Origin: a virus
Lineage: Duplodnaviria > Heunggongvirae > Uroviricota > Caudoviricetes
Virus record (IMG/VR): IMGVR_UViG_2695420398_000011
DNA length: 37,975 nucleotides
Reading direction: 5' to 3' (one strand)
The notes under the pieces are model-generated. The model saw only the letters and a list, made by a program, of their open reading frames with translations, did no database searches and was not told where the DNA came from. Shown one piece after another: positions 36,153 to 37,975 of the stretch. A program made the translations under genes and the position numbers. How positions within the stretch are numbered: the first letter of the stretch is position 1; the number at the start of each line of letters is the position of its first letter.

Positions 36153-36548
36153 TTACTCAGCATTCTCCTGCTTCCATTGCCGGATCATTTCATCGGTAAC
36201 ATCACTCTCATAACATACCACGTCATACCCTCCAGTACGGCTATATGCACTGCGTCCACCACATCTACTACCATTCCTTGCATGATTATAAGGACACGCA
36301 CAATTGCCTGGATAAGATTCAATGGATTCTTTAATTATTTCTTTCTTGATCTGAGCATCTGACTTTCCTTTTGCTGCATACCCACTAAAAGATACCAAAC
36401 AAAGGCAGATTGCCATTAATAAACCACATCGCATACCGATACACTCTATTACTAACCAATCATAGCCCACATCATAAAATCGAGATGAGGAGTACAACAC
36501 CTTTAACAAGAAGGTGCCATCACGATAATATGTCGTGCAATTCATCAA
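36153..36548 (-). CDS. Hypothetical Cys-rich protein with internal signal-peptide-like segment
   Basis: 131-aa ORF (possible true start at internal Met giving about 93 aa with leader MRCGLLMAICLCLVSFSGYA); AT-rich. Confidence 0.4.
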   Translation of the reverse strand: MMNCTTYYRDGTFLLKVLYSSSRFYDVGYDWLVIECIGMRCGLLMAICLCLVSFSGYAAKGKSDAQIKKEIIKESIESYPGNCACPYNHARNGSRCGGRSAYSRTGGYDVVCYESDVTDEMIRQWKQENAE

Positions 36549-36906
36549 AAAAAAGATCTATATCAAAGAGATAGAGTTATTATCAGTGCTGCAGACATCA
36601 GCATTCGAGGCAGCAGAAAAACAGTTAATCTAACGAATTTGTATTTTCTCAGGATGTTGTCAGATTAAAAAAGATAGATTAGCGCAGACACCTTTTGGCG
36701 GGTGGTAGGAGGAAAAATGAAGTTGAGTGGGAAGATCCCAGAAAAAATTTTGATTTAACCAAGGCCCTAGTTCAACATGCGAAATACAGATTAGTTGCAG
36801 GAGAGTTCTGCTTCACGCTTAGAGCTTCAACAGACGTGCACTATCATTGTTTCTGCATATCGCCACATCATCGCCACTTTACCGCCATTGCACAAAATAC
36901 AAATAC

Positions 36907-36930
36907 AAAAAAACCACCCGAAGGTGGTTT
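36907..36930 (-). terminator. Rho-independent terminator of the tRNA operon
   Basis: On the minus strand: AACCACC-TTCG-GGTGGTT followed by a T-run, immediately 3' of tRNA-Leu. Confidence 0.6.
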
Positions 36931-36973
36931 CACGACACTGCTTATTGCTTTGATTTTATTCTTATCTTTCCCA

Positions 36974-37060
36974 TGGTACCCGGAGCGGGACTTGAACCCG
37001 CACAGCGCGAACGCCGAGGGATTTTAAATCCCTTGTGTCTACCGATTCCACCATCCGGGC
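36974..37060 (-). tRNA. leuZ: tRNA-Leu (anticodon UAA)
   Basis: 87-nt sequence matching E. coli leuZ as recalled; anticodon loop TTTAAAA in tRNA sense; 3' CCA encoded. Confidence 0.9.
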
Positions 37061-37072
37061 TCGGGAAGAAAG

Positions 37073-37146
37073 TGGAGGCGCGTTCCGGAGTCGAACCGGA
37101 CTAGACGGATTTGCAATCCGCTACATAACCGCTTTGTTAACGCGCC
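37073..37146 (-). tRNA. cysT: tRNA-Cys (anticodon GCA)
   Basis: 74-nt sequence matching E. coli cysT as recalled; anticodon GCA. Confidence 0.9.
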
Positions 37147-37199
37147 AAATTCTTCAGGCCTTTCAGCCAGACATCCGCTGACGCCGATGTCTTTTAAAC

Positions 37200-37275
<76 letters not shown>

Positions 37276-37426
37276 ATTCATCAAGCAATCAGTTAATCAC
37301 TTGATTTTATTATCGTCTGGCAATCAGTGCCGCCGTTCGATGCGTTGCATTCTACTTACCTGGCGCGATGAGTCAACGATATTTTTCACCACTTTTGATT
37401 GTTTGCTGAAAATTACGCCGAAACGA

Positions 37427-37975
37427 TCACTGTTCAAGCAAATCTGCACGCGCAGCGCTCAAATATTGCAACATTGACCACAGAGTCAGTACCGCAGCCA
37501 CAAAGAAAAGTGCAATACCGGCGTACTCAACCCAAATGTTCGGACGCCACAGCAGCCAGGCCAACGCCACCATCTGGGCAGTGGTTTTCACTTTCCCAAT
37601 CCAGGAGACAGCCACGCTACTGCGTTTACCCAACTCCGCCATCCATTCGCGTAGCGCAGAAATAATAATTTCACGGGCGATCATCGTTGCCGCCGGTAAG
37701 GTCACCCACCAGCTGTGATAATGCTCGGTTACCAGCACCATGGCGATAGCCACGAGAACTTTATCTGCGACAGGGTCAAGGAAAGCACCAAACCGGGTAC
37801 TCTGGTTCCAGCGGCGTGCCAGAAAACCATCGAACCAGTCAGTCACCGCCGCGACGCAGAAAATGAGCGCGGCGGCAAACGGCGACCAGGTGACAGGCAG
37901 ATAAAAGACCAATACAAAGAATGGGATAAGGATGACACGGAACAGTGTAAGCAACGTAGGGATATTAAATTGCAT
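37427..37975 (-). CDS. pgsA: CDP-diacylglycerol--glycerol-3-phosphate 3-phosphatidyltransferase
   Basis: 182-aa [23 protein letters not shown]... matches E. coli PgsA along its length as recalled; start codon is the last three bases of the window. Confidence 0.95.
   Translation of the reverse strand: MQFNIPTLLTLFRVILIPFFVLVFYLPVTWSPFAAALIFCVAAVTDWFDGFLARRWNQSTRFGAFLDPVADKVLVAIAMVLVTEHYHSWWVTLPAATMIAREIIISALREWMAELGKRSSVAVSWIGKVKTTAQMVALAWLLWRPNIWVEYAGIALFFVAAVLTLWSMLQYLSAARADLLEQ

Noticed and set aside
36695-37104. ORFs 36695..37027 and 36847..37104 overlapping the tRNA-Leu and tRNA-Cys genes.
   Set aside because: They run through tRNA genes and a terminator; tRNA identity is far better supported.

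Overview
This window is almost entirely a P2-like (Peduovirus-type) temperate prophage, about positions 1-35,700, followed by host DNA: the glyW-cysT-leuZ tRNA operon and pgsA at the right end. The window starts exactly at the integrase stop codon, so the left attachment site is not visible. All calls rest on reading the ORF translations and sequence by eye; no searches were run. Backbone order: int, two cargo genes, XRE-type immunity repressor | divergent early operon ending in the HUH rolling-circle replication protein A | ParM/ParR module plus cargo | noncoding region (candidate cos) | portal Q and terminase P (minus strand) | O N M L X, lysis cassette, R S V W J I, tail fibre H, a macro-domain gene, tail-fibre assembly G | acetyltransferase moron | U-T-E/E'-FII-FI on the minus strand | D on the plus strand | Thoeris ThsA/ThsB | ogr | hok/mok-like toxin locus | tRNAs. 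The strongest candidates for something not previously described are: (1) the macro-domain protein with a fibre-tip-like His-rich C-terminus wedged between H and the tail-fibre chaperone gene; (2) an actin-like ParM/ParR segregation pair inside an integrated P2-like prophage with no obvious centromere repeats; (3) the two lysogeny-operon cargo genes next to int, one of which shares a short motif with the repressor tail. A recognisable type I Thoeris system sits between D and ogr; it is a known system in a notable location. No CRISPR array, IS element or rRNA was seen.
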